A stretch of DNA of 64,000 nt from Candidatus Latescibacterota bacterium (GTDB taxonomy: Bacteria > Latescibacterota > CBDEFO01): positions 4,288,001 through 4,352,000 of the forward strand of contig OZ252149.1 in assembly GCA_965248755.1 (NCBI GenBank). The letters run 5' to 3'. Both the position numbers and the translations under genes were made by a program. This document shows positions 51,338-61,041 of this stretch, in pieces. The stretch's first letter is position 1, and every line of letters begins with the position of its first letter. The notes under the pieces are model-generated. The model saw only the letters and a program-made list of their open reading frames with translations, was not told the DNA's origin and did no database searches.

Positions 51338-53378
51338 CACCTCCAACGGTATTTTTGACTTTATCAGAAATTTCTAATGTTCGCCTTCCGGCTTCTACCG
51401 TTTTAATAATTGCATCCACATCGTAGACACACCCTCCCCACGTGCCGCCGCCGATGTTCTGGAGTGCAGCCCACAGGCGCGTGTCGTCAGGAAGCATTTC
51501 GTCGGCGATAAGATCCGGACGCGGCGATCTTTCTGCCAGAATTTGGGTACCCTTTTCGACTCCGAAGGTCTCCCCTCCGTGACCGACCAGATCTACACTC
51601 CCTTTGAGGCGGTTCCGATCGATAACGATCTGGATCAGATCGCCGTCTATCACCTTTCCGATGGGGCCACCTGCCAAAGCTTCCGGGCCGATGTGTCCTA
51701 TGCAGGCGCCGGTTGAAACACCCGAGAATCGGGCATCGGTGATCAGGGCGACATGCTTGCCAAACGGAAGATACTTGAGGGCGATCGTAATCTGAAGTAC
51801 CTCCTCCATACCCGTGCCCATGGGGCCTCTGCAACAGAGTACCATAACATCTTTCGGTTTAATTCGATCTTCGCCCTGACTCTTGATAGCCCTGATCGCG
51901 TCTTTTTCACGGACAAAGACGCGCGCAGGCCCTGTTTTGCGATAGACACCGTCGTCATCGACGACGCTCGGATCGATCGCCGTGCTCTTAATCACTGAGC
52001 CTTCGGGGGCGAGGTTTCCGCGCGGGAAAGACACAGTGCTCGTAAGTCCGCGTTCTTTAGCGATTTCGGGACTCATAATCACGTCGTTCGGATCGACGCC
52101 GTCCTTTTCCAGCAGGAGGTCTCTTAGACGCTGGCGGCGTTCGGACTTTTCCCACCAATCGAGCGTTCGCCCAAGTGGTTCTCCACATGCTGTGACGACA
52201 TCTTCGTTCAAGACGCTTAAGTTTCTTATGTGCAACATCACTTCGGGAACCCCGCCGGCCAAAAAGACCTGGACAGTCGGGTGACCGACGGGACCATTTG
52301 GGAGGACATCTACAAGGCGTGGCACTTTCCGGTTGACCTCGATCCAATCTTGCACGGTGGGGCGCCGTAGTCTTGCAGCGTGAGCGATCGCGGGGATATG
52401 CAAAAGCAAATTGGTGGATCCTCCGAAAGCGGCATGGACGATGATCGCGTTACGGATGGCTTCATCCGTAATGATCTTTTGCATAGTTATCCCCTTGTCC
52501 TCCAGATTCACAAGGGCGCGGGCGGATCGTTTTGCCATATCGAGCCAGATCGGCTGTCCTGAAGGGGAGAGAGCAGCGTGGGGGAGCGTGATCCCCAAAG
52601 CTTCTGCGACGACTTGTGAGGTGGCGGCTGTCCCCAGAAATTGGCATCCTCCACCCGGGCTTGCGCAGGCTTTACAGCCAAGATCGGCGGCGTCCTGCAG
52701 GGATATCTCCCCGTGCGCGAAACGCGCCCCGATCGATTGGATCTTAGCCGTATTCTCGCCTTCTGCCGTAGGCAGCGCCACACCTCCAGGGACTAATATG
52801 CACGGTAAATCGCACATTGCAGAAAGTGCCATCATTGCTGCTGGCAGTCCCTTATCGCAGGTTGCCACTGCCATCACGCCTTTGCGCCTTGGAAGCGACC
52901 GAATAAGGCGGCGGAATATCTGTGCGGCGTCGTTGCGATATGCAAGGCTGTCCATCATTCCGACTGTGCCCATCGTGCGCCCGTCGCACGGATCTGAACA
53001 GTAACCCGCAAATGGAATCGTGCCGAGCGCTTTGAACTCGTGCGCAGCCTCCTGCATTAGTAGCCCCACTTCCCAATGCCCCGTATGATAACCGAGAGCA
53101 ATCGGAGTGCCGTCTGGCGCGCGGATTCCCCCCTGGGTGCTCAAGATTAAGAACTCTTTACGATTAAGCTCATCGGGCGCCCACCCCATTCCTGCGTTGT
53201 GGCTCAAAGCGAAAACATCGCCGCTGGACCAGTTGAGCAGCATGTCCTCCGTAAGAGGCAAACTCCCCTGGGGACCAGGCGAGTTGGTCTCTACATCATA
53301 GATAGCAGAATCTTCAAATCCAAGTATCTCGTCCAGAACTATCGTCCGACTAAGTTCGTTTTTCCTGGTAGATGCCAT
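51318..53378 (-). CDS. yagF: YjhG/YagF-family D-xylonate dehydratase (IlvD/EDD superfamily)
   Basis: [46 protein letters not shown]. Confidence 0.9.
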   Translation of the reverse strand: MASTRKNELSRTIVLDEILGFEDSAIYDVETNSPGPQGSLPLTEDMLLNWSSGDVFALSHNAGMGWAPDELNRKEFLILSTQGGIRAPDGTPIALGYHTGHWEVGLLMQEAAHEFKALGTIPFAGYCSDPCDGRTMGTVGMMDSLAYRNDAAQIFRRLIRSLPRRKGVMAVATCDKGLPAAMMALSAMCDLPCILVPGGVALPTAEGENTAKIQSIGARFAHGEISLQDAADLGCKACASPGGGCQFLGTAATSQVVAEALGITLPHAALSPSGQPIWLDMAKRSARALVNLEDKGITMQKIITDEAIRNAIIVHAAFGGSTNLLLHIPAIAHAARLRRPTVQDWIEVNRKVPRLVDVLPNGPVGHPTVQVFLAGGVPEVMLHIRNLSVLNEDVVTACGEPLGRTLDWWEKSERRQRLRDLLLEKDGVDPNDVIMSPEIAKERGLTSTVSFPRGNLAPEGSVIKSTAIDPSVVDDDGVYRKTGPARVFVREKDAIRAIKSQGEDRIKPKDVMVLCCRGPMGTGMEEVLQITIALKYLPFGKHVALITDARFSGVSTGACIGHIGPEALAGGPIGKVIDGDLIQIVIDRNRLKGSVDLVGHGGETFGVEKGTQILAERSPRPDLIADEMLPDDTRLWAALQNIGGGTWGGCVYDVDAIIKTVEAGRRTLEISDKVKNTVGGDEIYQA

Positions 53379-53398
53379 GTGGTTTCTCCCAACGAGAT

Positions 53399-54349
53399 TT
53401 ATCTTTTAACAATCTTATAATTCTTGAAACCTCCGATCTGTCTTCCACCCAAAAGTTTTTGCTCGATGTAAGTCAATAGCCTGTATCTAATTTTTTCATG
53501 TTTATACTTTTCCCTATTTGGATTCAGTCTACCTGTATATTGAAGTCTATCCTGCCAATAAAATTCGTCAATGCGATCCTTCATAACTTTAGGATGAGTT
53601 CCAGTAAACTCCTGTAATAAATCTAATGGCCCATAATCAAATGCCCCTTGAGCATTCTTATAAATTTGATTAGCCTTGTGCAGCCCCTTGTGAATTATAT
53701 CTAATGCCCGTCTTTTGGTCTGCATGTATTCCGGCGGTCTTACCCAGCCGTAATGATAAATAGCTGCATCAACCCTGGCAACTTTGAGTTTGTATGTACC
53801 CTGTTTCTGTCTGTAACTTTTCCCATCAAAATCTGAAATCCTTCTGAAAGATTGTGCCGACTGCCACGAATGAATATCATCATTATTTCTAATAATTCTA
53901 ATCTCGTAAGGATACCATCTATGTGAAATATGATAATGGTTGTAGTCCCCCCAGAAATGTTTGTATTTAAAGAGTAGGCCCTCTACTTCTTTATGGTCTA
54001 TTAATGCTGCACATCTCCTTTTTATGATGGGCAAATATTTTTCGTGTACAACTTCATCTGCTTGTAAATAGAAGAGCCATTCACCAGTACATTGGCCTTT
54101 TGCAATATCTGTCTGGTGGGCATTTTCCATTCCGTCAGGATATGCTTCAATATCCCATATTGTATTGATTATTTTAATCTTATCTGAATCTATGCTTTCT
54201 ATTTCTTCTCTCGTATGATCATCTTCATCACAGTTACCTAAAGCGACAATGAACTCATCCACAATCGGCAAAACAGATAGTATAGATTGCTTGACAGGAT
54301 AGTATAATTTGGTGGCATTTTTGATCATAGTAAAGCCGCTAATCTTCAT
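53399..54349 (-). CDS. Glycosyltransferase family 2 (LPS-type)
   Basis: [30 protein letters not shown]-rich. Confidence 0.85.
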   Translation of the reverse strand: MKISGFTMIKNATKLYYPVKQSILSVLPIVDEFIVALGNCDEDDHTREEIESIDSDKIKIINTIWDIEAYPDGMENAHQTDIAKGQCTGEWLFYLQADEVVHEKYLPIIKRRCAALIDHKEVEGLLFKYKHFWGDYNHYHISHRWYPYEIRIIRNNDDIHSWQSAQSFRRISDFDGKSYRQKQGTYKLKVARVDAAIYHYGWVRPPEYMQTKRRALDIIHKGLHKANQIYKNAQGAFDYGPLDLLQEFTGTHPKVMKDRIDEFYWQDRLQYTGRLNPNREKYKHEKIRYRLLTYIEQKLLGGRQIGGFKNYKIVKR

Positions 54350-54647
54350 AAGAACCTCTACAAGGTTACCGAGCCGGCAGCCTTACATTGGATAGTTGCG
54401 AACAGAATAGACCAAAGATATACTCAAAACATCAGAATATCAAAGATTACACAACACTCTGATATTATAAGGAAAAATCCCCGTGTGATCAAGATAAAAA
54501 TTTGCTTGACTTTTGATATAAGCTTGCTTAATTTCCGTCGTGATCCTTGTTCTCAATCACAAGGGTATTGACAGGGGTCTATTCTCATGTTTAAAATAAT
54601 ACGTTGACAATTGAACGATATTTTATCATATTTCCTTAACAAAATCT

Positions 54648-55637
54648 ATGAAAGATGTCGCGCTCAAACGATTGGATGAACTCTTAGATAGCTTCTCATC
54701 TCTCAAGATCCTCGTCTTGGGGGATCTTATGCTCGACGAATACCTGTGGGGGAGGGTCGGCCGGATTTCGCCTGAAGCTCCTGTGCCTGTTGTAGAGGTA
54801 GATTCAGAATCCATAAGGCTCGGGGGGGCCTCCAATGTAGTCAACAACGTCAGTTCCCTTGGCGCAATCGCCATTCCTGTGGGAGTCGTAGGAGAGGACA
54901 GCGCGGGGGAACGACTGATAGAGGAGCATGAGAAAGCGGGTTTCACTACTGCTGGGATAATAAAGGATCCATTCAGAAAGACCACGGTCAAGACCCGTGT
55001 AATAGCCCACAGTCAGCACGTTGTCAGGGCCGACATAGAAAGCACTGATCCTGTAGATGGCAAGGTATCAAACAGAATAATTAAATTTATTGAGGAAGCA
55101 ATTGATGATATAGATGCAGTTCTCTTTGAGGACTACAACAAAGGCGTTATCACCAGAGACGTCTTATCTCAAACTATACAGCTTACTAAAAGCAGAGGAA
55201 AACTTACCGCCGCAGATCCCAAATTCGACAATTTCTTCGAATTTAAAGAGGTGACTCTCTTTAAGCCCAATAAAAAGGAGGTTGAAGACGCGCTGGGAAT
55301 CAGGCTCGGTTCAAACGAAGATGCTGTACAGGCCGGACTGGAACTTCAAAGGCGTCTCAAGTGTAAAAACGTTGTGCTGACAAGAGGCGCAGAAGGCATG
55401 TCTATCTTCGAAAAGGACAAAAAGGTATCTCATATTGAAACTCTCGCCAGGGAAGTCTATGACCATTCGGGAGCGGGCGATACGGTGATAAGTGCTCTTA
55501 CAGTAGCTTTAGCCGCCGGATCAGACCTTAAAGAGGCCGCCATTCTGGCAAACCACGCCGCGGGGGTCGTCATCTCTGAAATAGGGATCGTCCCTGCATC
55601 GCGTGAAAATATCAGAAAGTCATTTATGAACAATTAG
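54648..55637 (+). CDS. rfaE1: D-glycero-beta-D-manno-heptose-7-phosphate kinase
   Basis: GDLMLDEY..G...RISPEAPVPV, DYNKG, GAGDTV. Confidence 0.93.
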   Translation: MKDVALKRLDELLDSFSSLKILVLGDLMLDEYLWGRVGRISPEAPVPVVEVDSESIRLGGASNVVNNVSSLGAIAIPVGVVGEDSAGERLIEEHEKAGFTTAGIIKDPFRKTTVKTRVIAHSQHVVRADIESTDPVDGKVSNRIIKFIEEAIDDIDAVLFEDYNKGVITRDVLSQTIQLTKSRGKLTAADPKFDNFFEFKEVTLFKPNKKEVEDALGIRLGSNEDAVQAGLELQRRLKCKNVVLTRGAEGMSIFEKDKKVSHIETLAREVYDHSGAGDTVISALTVALAAGSDLKEAAILANHAAGVVISEIGIVPASRENIRKSFMNN

Positions 55638-55648
55638 CGGATAGGAAC

Positions 55649-56122
55649 TTGGGAAGAATAGTATCACTTCAGGAGCTGATCGCCATTAGGAAACAGCTCA
55701 AAAAGGAGGGTAAGAAAGTAGTCTTCACCAACGGCTGTTTCGACCTTATACACAGAGGGCACGTTGAGTACCTCAAGCAGTCAAAAGAAAGGTCGGATGT
55801 CCTAATAGTAGGTTTGAACACTGACGATTCCGTCAGGCGACTCAAAGGGAAGGGGAGACCCATCCTTCCCTTGGAGGACAGGGCTTCCGTCCTTGCGGCA
55901 TTGGAGGTTGTAGATTACGTGTCCGTCTTTGGGGAGGACACACCCTTACAGATGATCAAAAAGATACTACCGGATATCCTCGTCAAAGGAGGCGACTACA
56001 CCGCAGATCAAATAGTGGGCAAAGAGGTTGTTGAGGAATCCGGTGGACAGGTGTTGACTGTAGATTTGATAGCGGCTCTATCCACGACGGATATTATCCA
56101 GAAGACTAAGGGCAAGATTTAA
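55649..56122 (+). CDS. rfaE2: D-glycero-beta-D-manno-heptose-1-phosphate adenylyltransferase
   Basis: VFTNGCFDLIHRGH, KG.GRP, LVKGGDY, STTDII. Confidence 0.95.
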   Translation: MGRIVSLQELIAIRKQLKKEGKKVVFTNGCFDLIHRGHVEYLKQSKERSDVLIVGLNTDDSVRRLKGKGRPILPLEDRASVLAALEVVDYVSVFGEDTPLQMIKKILPDILVKGGDYTADQIVGKEVVEESGGQVLTVDLIAALSTTDIIQKTKGKI

Positions 56123-56174
56123 AGCCTCACATCATCCTAAATATCTAGCCGTCCCTTAATGGGAGTGTTTAAAG

Positions 56175-58007
56175 ATGGCTAAAAGCAAGATACCCGCACT
56201 TGAAAAGATAATCAAGAAGAACCCCAACTCAATCGTCTTCGCCCGCCTGGCGCAGAGCTACTTGGACAAGGGGGATCCGGATGCGGCTCTTCAAATATGT
56301 CAGGAGGGACTGAGCCTCTACCCTGACTATGCCACTGCTCATATAGTCAGGGGAAGATGCTACATGGCGTCTGGAGACAGAGACAATTCCAGAAGAGCCT
56401 TCAAAAAGGCTTTGCGCTACGATCCCCAGAGTCTGCCTGCCTTGGAAGGACTGGCTGATGTCAACCGAGATGAGGGCTCTGACAGATTAGTGTTGAGCAA
56501 CCTGAAGAGGTCCTTGAACCTGGATCCGCTTGACCCTAACCTCAAAGAAGAGGTAGCAGCTCTCTCGGAGGCCGTTGAAGCACAAGTGTCGACGACTGTG
56601 ACTGAGATTCCTCCTGCTCCCGAAGAAGCTCCTTCTTCCGATCAAGTTGGGGTAGAAGAACCCGTCGGTGCAGCTCCAGAGCCCTCCGGAGAAGCTGTGG
56701 ACGTGGACGATGAGATGAACGCTATACTGTCTGCGGCAGGTATCTCCTTAGACGAAGAGAAGGAGGAAATTCCTGAGGCTGAAACGGCTGTTTTGGAAGA
56801 AGAAACGTCGGAGCAGCTGGCAGATATCCTTGAAACTGCCGGGGAACCTGCGGAAGCCGCGCCTGACACTGCTGAAGAATCAAGGGAAACTCCGGGTGAC
56901 ATATTGATGGAGCTGGAAGAGGTAGAAAGCCAGGTCACTCAAGAGGAGGAACCGATGCCGGGAGTCACTGACACCGTTGAGACTCCGGCTCTGGAGGAAG
57001 AACCACAGGAAGAAGCTCTTGGCGATACGGAGACATCAGTTGAGGAGGCTCCTACTGTTGAAGTAGAGGGGACAGAAGAGGAGGCCCCCTCTGAGACGTC
57101 AGAGATAGAGGATTTCCTTGCTGGGATGGATACAGAGGCGCATGAGACAGAAGTTGAGGCCGCTCCTTCTGTTGAGGCAGAAGAGGGAGTTGCTGCTGAG
57201 ACATCAGACGTGGAGGATTTGCTCGCTGGGACGATTGCGGAGACTCAGGATACAGAAGTTGAAGAGGAGACTCCTTCTGTGGAGGTAGAGGGGACACCGC
57301 AGGAATCCCTCCCTGAGACATCAGAGATAGAGGATTTGCTCGCTGGGATGGATACAGAGTCTCGAGAGACAGAAGTTGAGGCGGTACCTTCTGTTGAGGC
57401 AGAAGAGGGAGTTCCTGCTGAGACATCAGACGTGGAGGATTTGCTCGCTGGGGTAGATACAGAGTCTCAGGAGGAAGAAGTTGAGGAGGCTTCTTCTTCT
57501 GAGGCAGAAGAGCGAGTTCCTGATAAGGCACCAGACGTGGAAGATTTCCTGGCTCAGATACAAGCAGAGTCTCAAGAGACACAAGGTGAGGAGGAGACTC
57601 CTTCTGTTGAGACAGCGGGGACAGAAGAGGAGGCCCCCGCTCAGACATCGGAGATAGAGGACTTTCTGGCTCAGATACAAGCAGAGTCTCAAGAGACAGA
57701 AGGTGAGGAGGAAGCTCCTTCCTCTGAGACTTCAAGCATAGAAACTGAGCCTGCTGAGGATGTAGCTTCGGATGTGACCGAAACAGCGCAAAGGCCTGCT
57801 ATACCAGGGGAGGAAGATAGCGGTGACGACTATGATGAAATAGCCACTGCTACTTTAGCTGATGTATATGCCGATCAGGGTTTCTTCGATGAAGCCATAG
57901 AGATTTACGAAAAGCTCTTGGAAGAAATTCCGGACAATGAGGAGGTAAAGAGCAAAATAGAAGAACTCAAAAAAAAGAAAGCTGATCAGGAAGGACAGGG
58001 AGAATAG
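56175..58007 (+). CDS. TPR protein with a long acidic repeat linker
   Basis: N-terminal TPRs, six ~35-39-aa acidic repeats, C-terminal TLADVYADQG TPR. Confidence 0.85.
   Translation: MAKSKIPALEKIIKKNPNSIVFARLAQSYLDKGDPDAALQICQEGLSLYPDYATAHIVRGRCYMASGDRDNSRRAFKKALRYDPQSLPALEGLADVNRDEGSDRLVLSNLKRSLNLDPLDPNLKEEVAALSEAVEAQVSTTVTEIPPAPEEAPSSDQVGVEEPVGAAPEPSGEAVDVDDEMNAILSAAGISLDEEKEEIPEAETAVLEEETSEQLADILETAGEPAEAAPDTAEESRETPGDILMELEEVESQVTQEEEPMPGVTDTVETPALEEEPQEEALGDTETSVEEAPTVEVEGTEEEAPSETSEIEDFLAGMDTEAHETEVEAAPSVEAEEGVAAETSDVEDLLAGTIAETQDTEVEEETPSVEVEGTPQESLPETSEIEDLLAGMDTESRETEVEAVPSVEAEEGVPAETSDVEDLLAGVDTESQEEEVEEASSSEAEERVPDKAPDVEDFLAQIQAESQETQGEEETPSVETAGTEEEAPAQTSEIEDFLAQIQAESQETEGEEEAPSSETSSIETEPAEDVASDVTETAQRPAIPGEEDSGDDYDEIATATLADVYADQGFFDEAIEIYEKLLEEIPDNEEVKSKIEELKKKKADQEGQGE
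57040..57730 (+). repeat. Degenerate in-frame tandem repeats, six units of about 105-117 bp
   Basis: Recurrent GAGACATCAGA..GAGGATTT..GCTGGG/GCTCAG..GATACA. Confidence 0.85.
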
Positions 58008-58013
58008 GGGGAT

Positions 58014-58571
58014 ATGGCGACAACAGCGGACTTCAGGAACGGAATGGTGATAAATCAGGACAAAGAACTCTATTTGATAAACTACTTTCAGCATGTAAAG
58101 CCCGGGAAAGGCGGAGCGTTCGTCAGGACAAAGCTCAAGAACGTTAAAACTGGAGCCATCAGAGACAAGACCTTTCGCGCTGGGGAGAAAGTTAAAGAGG
58201 TCAGGCTCGAAAAAAGAGAAATGCAGTATCTATACAAAGATGGCCAAACCTACTACTTGATGGACAGCGAGACCTTCGAACAGTATCCTATCTCAGAGAA
58301 TCTGATCGCTGACGCCGCCAGATTCTTGAAGGAAAACGAGAAGGTCTTCGTCCTTATGGATAATGATGTTCCCATCACATTCGAGCTTCCGTTCTTTGTA
58401 GAGATAAAAGTGGTCGATACCGATCCTGGAATAAGAGGAGATACCGCCACAGGTGGGACAAAGCCTGCGACTTTGGAGACGGGAGCTGTAGTGCAGGTGC
58501 CACTTTTCGTAAATATCGGGGACACTGTAAAGATCGATACAAGGACAGGGGAATATATAGAAAGAGTCTGA
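58014..58571 (+). CDS. efp: Elongation factor P
   Basis: HVKPGKGGAFVRTKLKN, PGIRGDTATG, VPLFV, IDTRTGEY. Confidence 0.97.
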   Translation: MATTADFRNGMVINQDKELYLINYFQHVKPGKGGAFVRTKLKNVKTGAIRDKTFRAGEKVKEVRLEKREMQYLYKDGQTYYLMDSETFEQYPISENLIADAARFLKENEKVFVLMDNDVPITFELPFFVEIKVVDTDPGIRGDTATGGTKPATLETGAVVQVPLFVNIGDTVKIDTRTGEYIERV

Positions 58572-58644
58572 TAAACAGTGAAGGTAGTCGGTAGACAGGG
58601 AACTGCCTCCCGCCTCTGTTTGCTGTCTACTCCAAGGGGGGGCA

Positions 58645-59109
58645 TTGAGCATATCTGGAATCAGGAGGTTTATAGAGAAACTTATAGAAATTATCGAGGA
58701 AAACAACCTCGATGAAATAGAGGTATCTCGATGGTGGGGTCTGACGAAAATCAAAGTTGTAAGGCGTAGTTTTTCTACCTCTGTGCCTGTCCAAAAGAAG
58801 GCCGAGTCCCAGGTTGAAGTACTTGAACCGGTTGAAGAGGTTCCCGAAGAAACTGTCCCCCATGGTCTCTATGAGATCAGGTCACCTATGGTCGGAACTT
58901 TTTATCACTCACCTTCTCCCGGTGCAGAGCCGTACGTCAAAGAGAAAGATATGGTCTCTCCAGGTCAGATAGTCTGTATCATAGAGGCTATGAAGATAAT
59001 GAACCCAATAGAATCCGACGTCAAAGGGGAGATAGTTGAAATCCTCGTTGAGAACGCCCAGCCTGTGGAATTTCACCAAAGACTTTTCCTGATAAGACCT
59101 ACTGCTTGA
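58645..59109 (+). CDS. accB: Biotin carboxyl carrier protein
   Basis: SPMVGTFY, IEAMKIMN. Confidence 0.95.
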   Translation: MSISGIRRFIEKLIEIIEENNLDEIEVSRWWGLTKIKVVRRSFSTSVPVQKKAESQVEVLEPVEEVPEETVPHGLYEIRSPMVGTFYHSPSPGAEPYVKEKDMVSPGQIVCIIEAMKIMNPIESDVKGEIVEILVENAQPVEFHQRLFLIRPTA

Positions 59110-59214
59110 AAAGATCAGAAAGTGGCAGGGACAAAGTCGCGCACGTATTAAGGGCTTTCAACAATTAGGAGCCGTCTTACCCCCACTACCGTAGCAAATA
59201 AAGAGAGCGGAATA

Positions 59215-60570
59215 TTGTTTAGCAAGATTCTGGTAGCAGACAGAGGCGAGATAGCGCTCAGAGTGATAAGGGCCTGCAAGGAGTTAGGAATAGACACAGT
59301 AGCCGTTCACTCAGAAGCTGATGCTAACTCACTGCACGTAAAGTTTGCCGACGAAGACGTATGCATAGGTCCCGCCAAAGGTGAAAAGAGCTACCGGAAT
59401 ATAACTAATATCATAAGCGCAGCGGAGATCACAAATGCAGATGCTATCCATCCGGGATACGGTCCTTTAGCTGAAAATAGCCACTTTGCAGAGGTATGTC
59501 AATCTTGTGGGATAAAGTTCATTGGGCCGACCCCTGAGACGATAAGCAAAATGGGTGATAAGGCACTTGCTAGACGATTCATGAAGAAGATAGAAGTGCC
59601 CGTAATCCCCGGTAGTGAAGGGCCTCTAGAAAATCTGGATATGGCGATACAGGAGGCAAGACAGATCGGATATCCTGTGATGCTCAAAGCCGTGGCGGGG
59701 GGAGGAGGGCGTGGGATGAGATTGGCCAGAGACGAAGAAGAACTCAAGCGCGAATGGCACCTGGTAAAATACGAAGCCCAAGCCGTTTTCTCTAATTCGG
59801 ACATCTATCTGGAAAAATACCTGGAGATGCCCAGGCATATCGAGATTCAGGTTCTCGGCGACGAATATGGTAATATAGTCCGCTTCCCAGAAAGGGAGTG
59901 CTCCATACAAAGGAGACATCAAAAGCTCATAGAGGAATCGCCCTCTGTTGCAGTCAACCCGTCCCTGCGTCAAAAGATAGGTGGTGCTGCTCTATCTGCC
60001 GCCCAAGCTTTGAACTATTGTAGCGCCGGAACGATAGAGTTTCTCCTCGACAGAGAAAGGAAATTCTACTTTATTGAGATGAACACCCGAATACAGGTCG
60101 AACATCCCGTCACCGAGATGGTATGTGGAATCGACATTGTCAAGGAACAGATAAAGATAGCCCAGGGCGAAAGATTAAGTGTGGAGCAAAACGACATTTC
60201 CCTATCTGGATGGGCTATTGAATGTCGCCTGAACGCTGAAGATCCCTTCAGAAACTTCATGCCCACTCCTGGAACTATCCAGAATCTGAATCTGCCCGGC
60301 GGTCCAGGAATAAGGGTGGATACGCACATATATGCTGGATACAAAATTTCTCCATACTACGATTCACTACTTGCCAAAGTGATCGCCCACGGCAAGGATC
60401 GTGACGAAGCCATCTTGAGAATGAAGAGATGCCTCGAAGAGACTGTTATAGACGGAGTTACAACCACAGTCCCCTTCCATCTTAGGGTCTTAAACAACCC
60501 CAACTTTAGAGAGGGGAAGATCTACGTGGAAAGCGCTATCAGCTATTTATCGTTCGACAGCAAACAGTAG
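59215..60570 (+). CDS. accC: Biotin carboxylase
   Basis: [43 protein letters not shown]. Confidence 0.97.
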   Translation: MFSKILVADRGEIALRVIRACKELGIDTVAVHSEADANSLHVKFADEDVCIGPAKGEKSYRNITNIISAAEITNADAIHPGYGPLAENSHFAEVCQSCGIKFIGPTPETISKMGDKALARRFMKKIEVPVIPGSEGPLENLDMAIQEARQIGYPVMLKAVAGGGGRGMRLARDEEELKREWHLVKYEAQAVFSNSDIYLEKYLEMPRHIEIQVLGDEYGNIVRFPERECSIQRRHQKLIEESPSVAVNPSLRQKIGGAALSAAQALNYCSAGTIEFLLDRERKFYFIEMNTRIQVEHPVTEMVCGIDIVKEQIKIAQGERLSVEQNDISLSGWAIECRLNAEDPFRNFMPTPGTIQNLNLPGGPGIRVDTHIYAGYKISPYYDSLLAKVIAHGKDRDEAILRMKRCLEETVIDGVTTTVPFHLRVLNNPNFREGKIYVESAISYLSFDSKQ

Positions 60571-60633
60571 AAAGGGGAAGCGCTTCCCGTTCTACTGTCT
60601 ACCGAGTACTGGCTACTATCTTTTGGGGTACTT

Positions 60634-61020
60634 ATGGCTCAGGTGCCTAAACATCTGCTCTATACCCACGAACACGAATGGATCCTTCAAGAAGGAGACA
60701 TTGGAACCGTAGGCATAACCGACTACGCTCAAAGTGAACTAAGCGACATAGTGTTTGTGGAACTGCCACAGGTCCAAGATAGAATAAAACAGGGAGAATC
60801 CTTCGGAACCATCGAAGCTGTTAAGACAGTCGCAGACCTTTATGCTCCCGCATCAGGAGAGGTCATCCAAGTCAACGAAACTCTGGAGGGAGACGCCGGA
60901 GCGGTGAACACAGATCCTTATGGCTCGGGATGGATGATCAAAATTCGCATAGAGGATCCATCAGAACTTGAAAACGTTATGTCTGCAGATACATATCAAG
61001 ACATGATCGATAGAATGTGA
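60634..61020 (+). CDS. gcvH: Glycine cleavage system H protein
   Basis: HEW, GITDYAQ.EL.DIVFVELP, IEAVKTV, DPYG.GW. Confidence 0.96.
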   Translation: MAQVPKHLLYTHEHEWILQEGDIGTVGITDYAQSELSDIVFVELPQVQDRIKQGESFGTIEAVKTVADLYAPASGEVIQVNETLEGDAGAVNTDPYGSGWMIKIRIEDPSELENVMSADTYQDMIDRM

Positions 61021-61041
61021 AAGCTGTACAGACTCTACGGT

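Noticed and set aside
57040..57730. CRISPR-like periodic repeats
   Set aside because: Degenerate, in frame within a protein, no unique spacers and no cas genes
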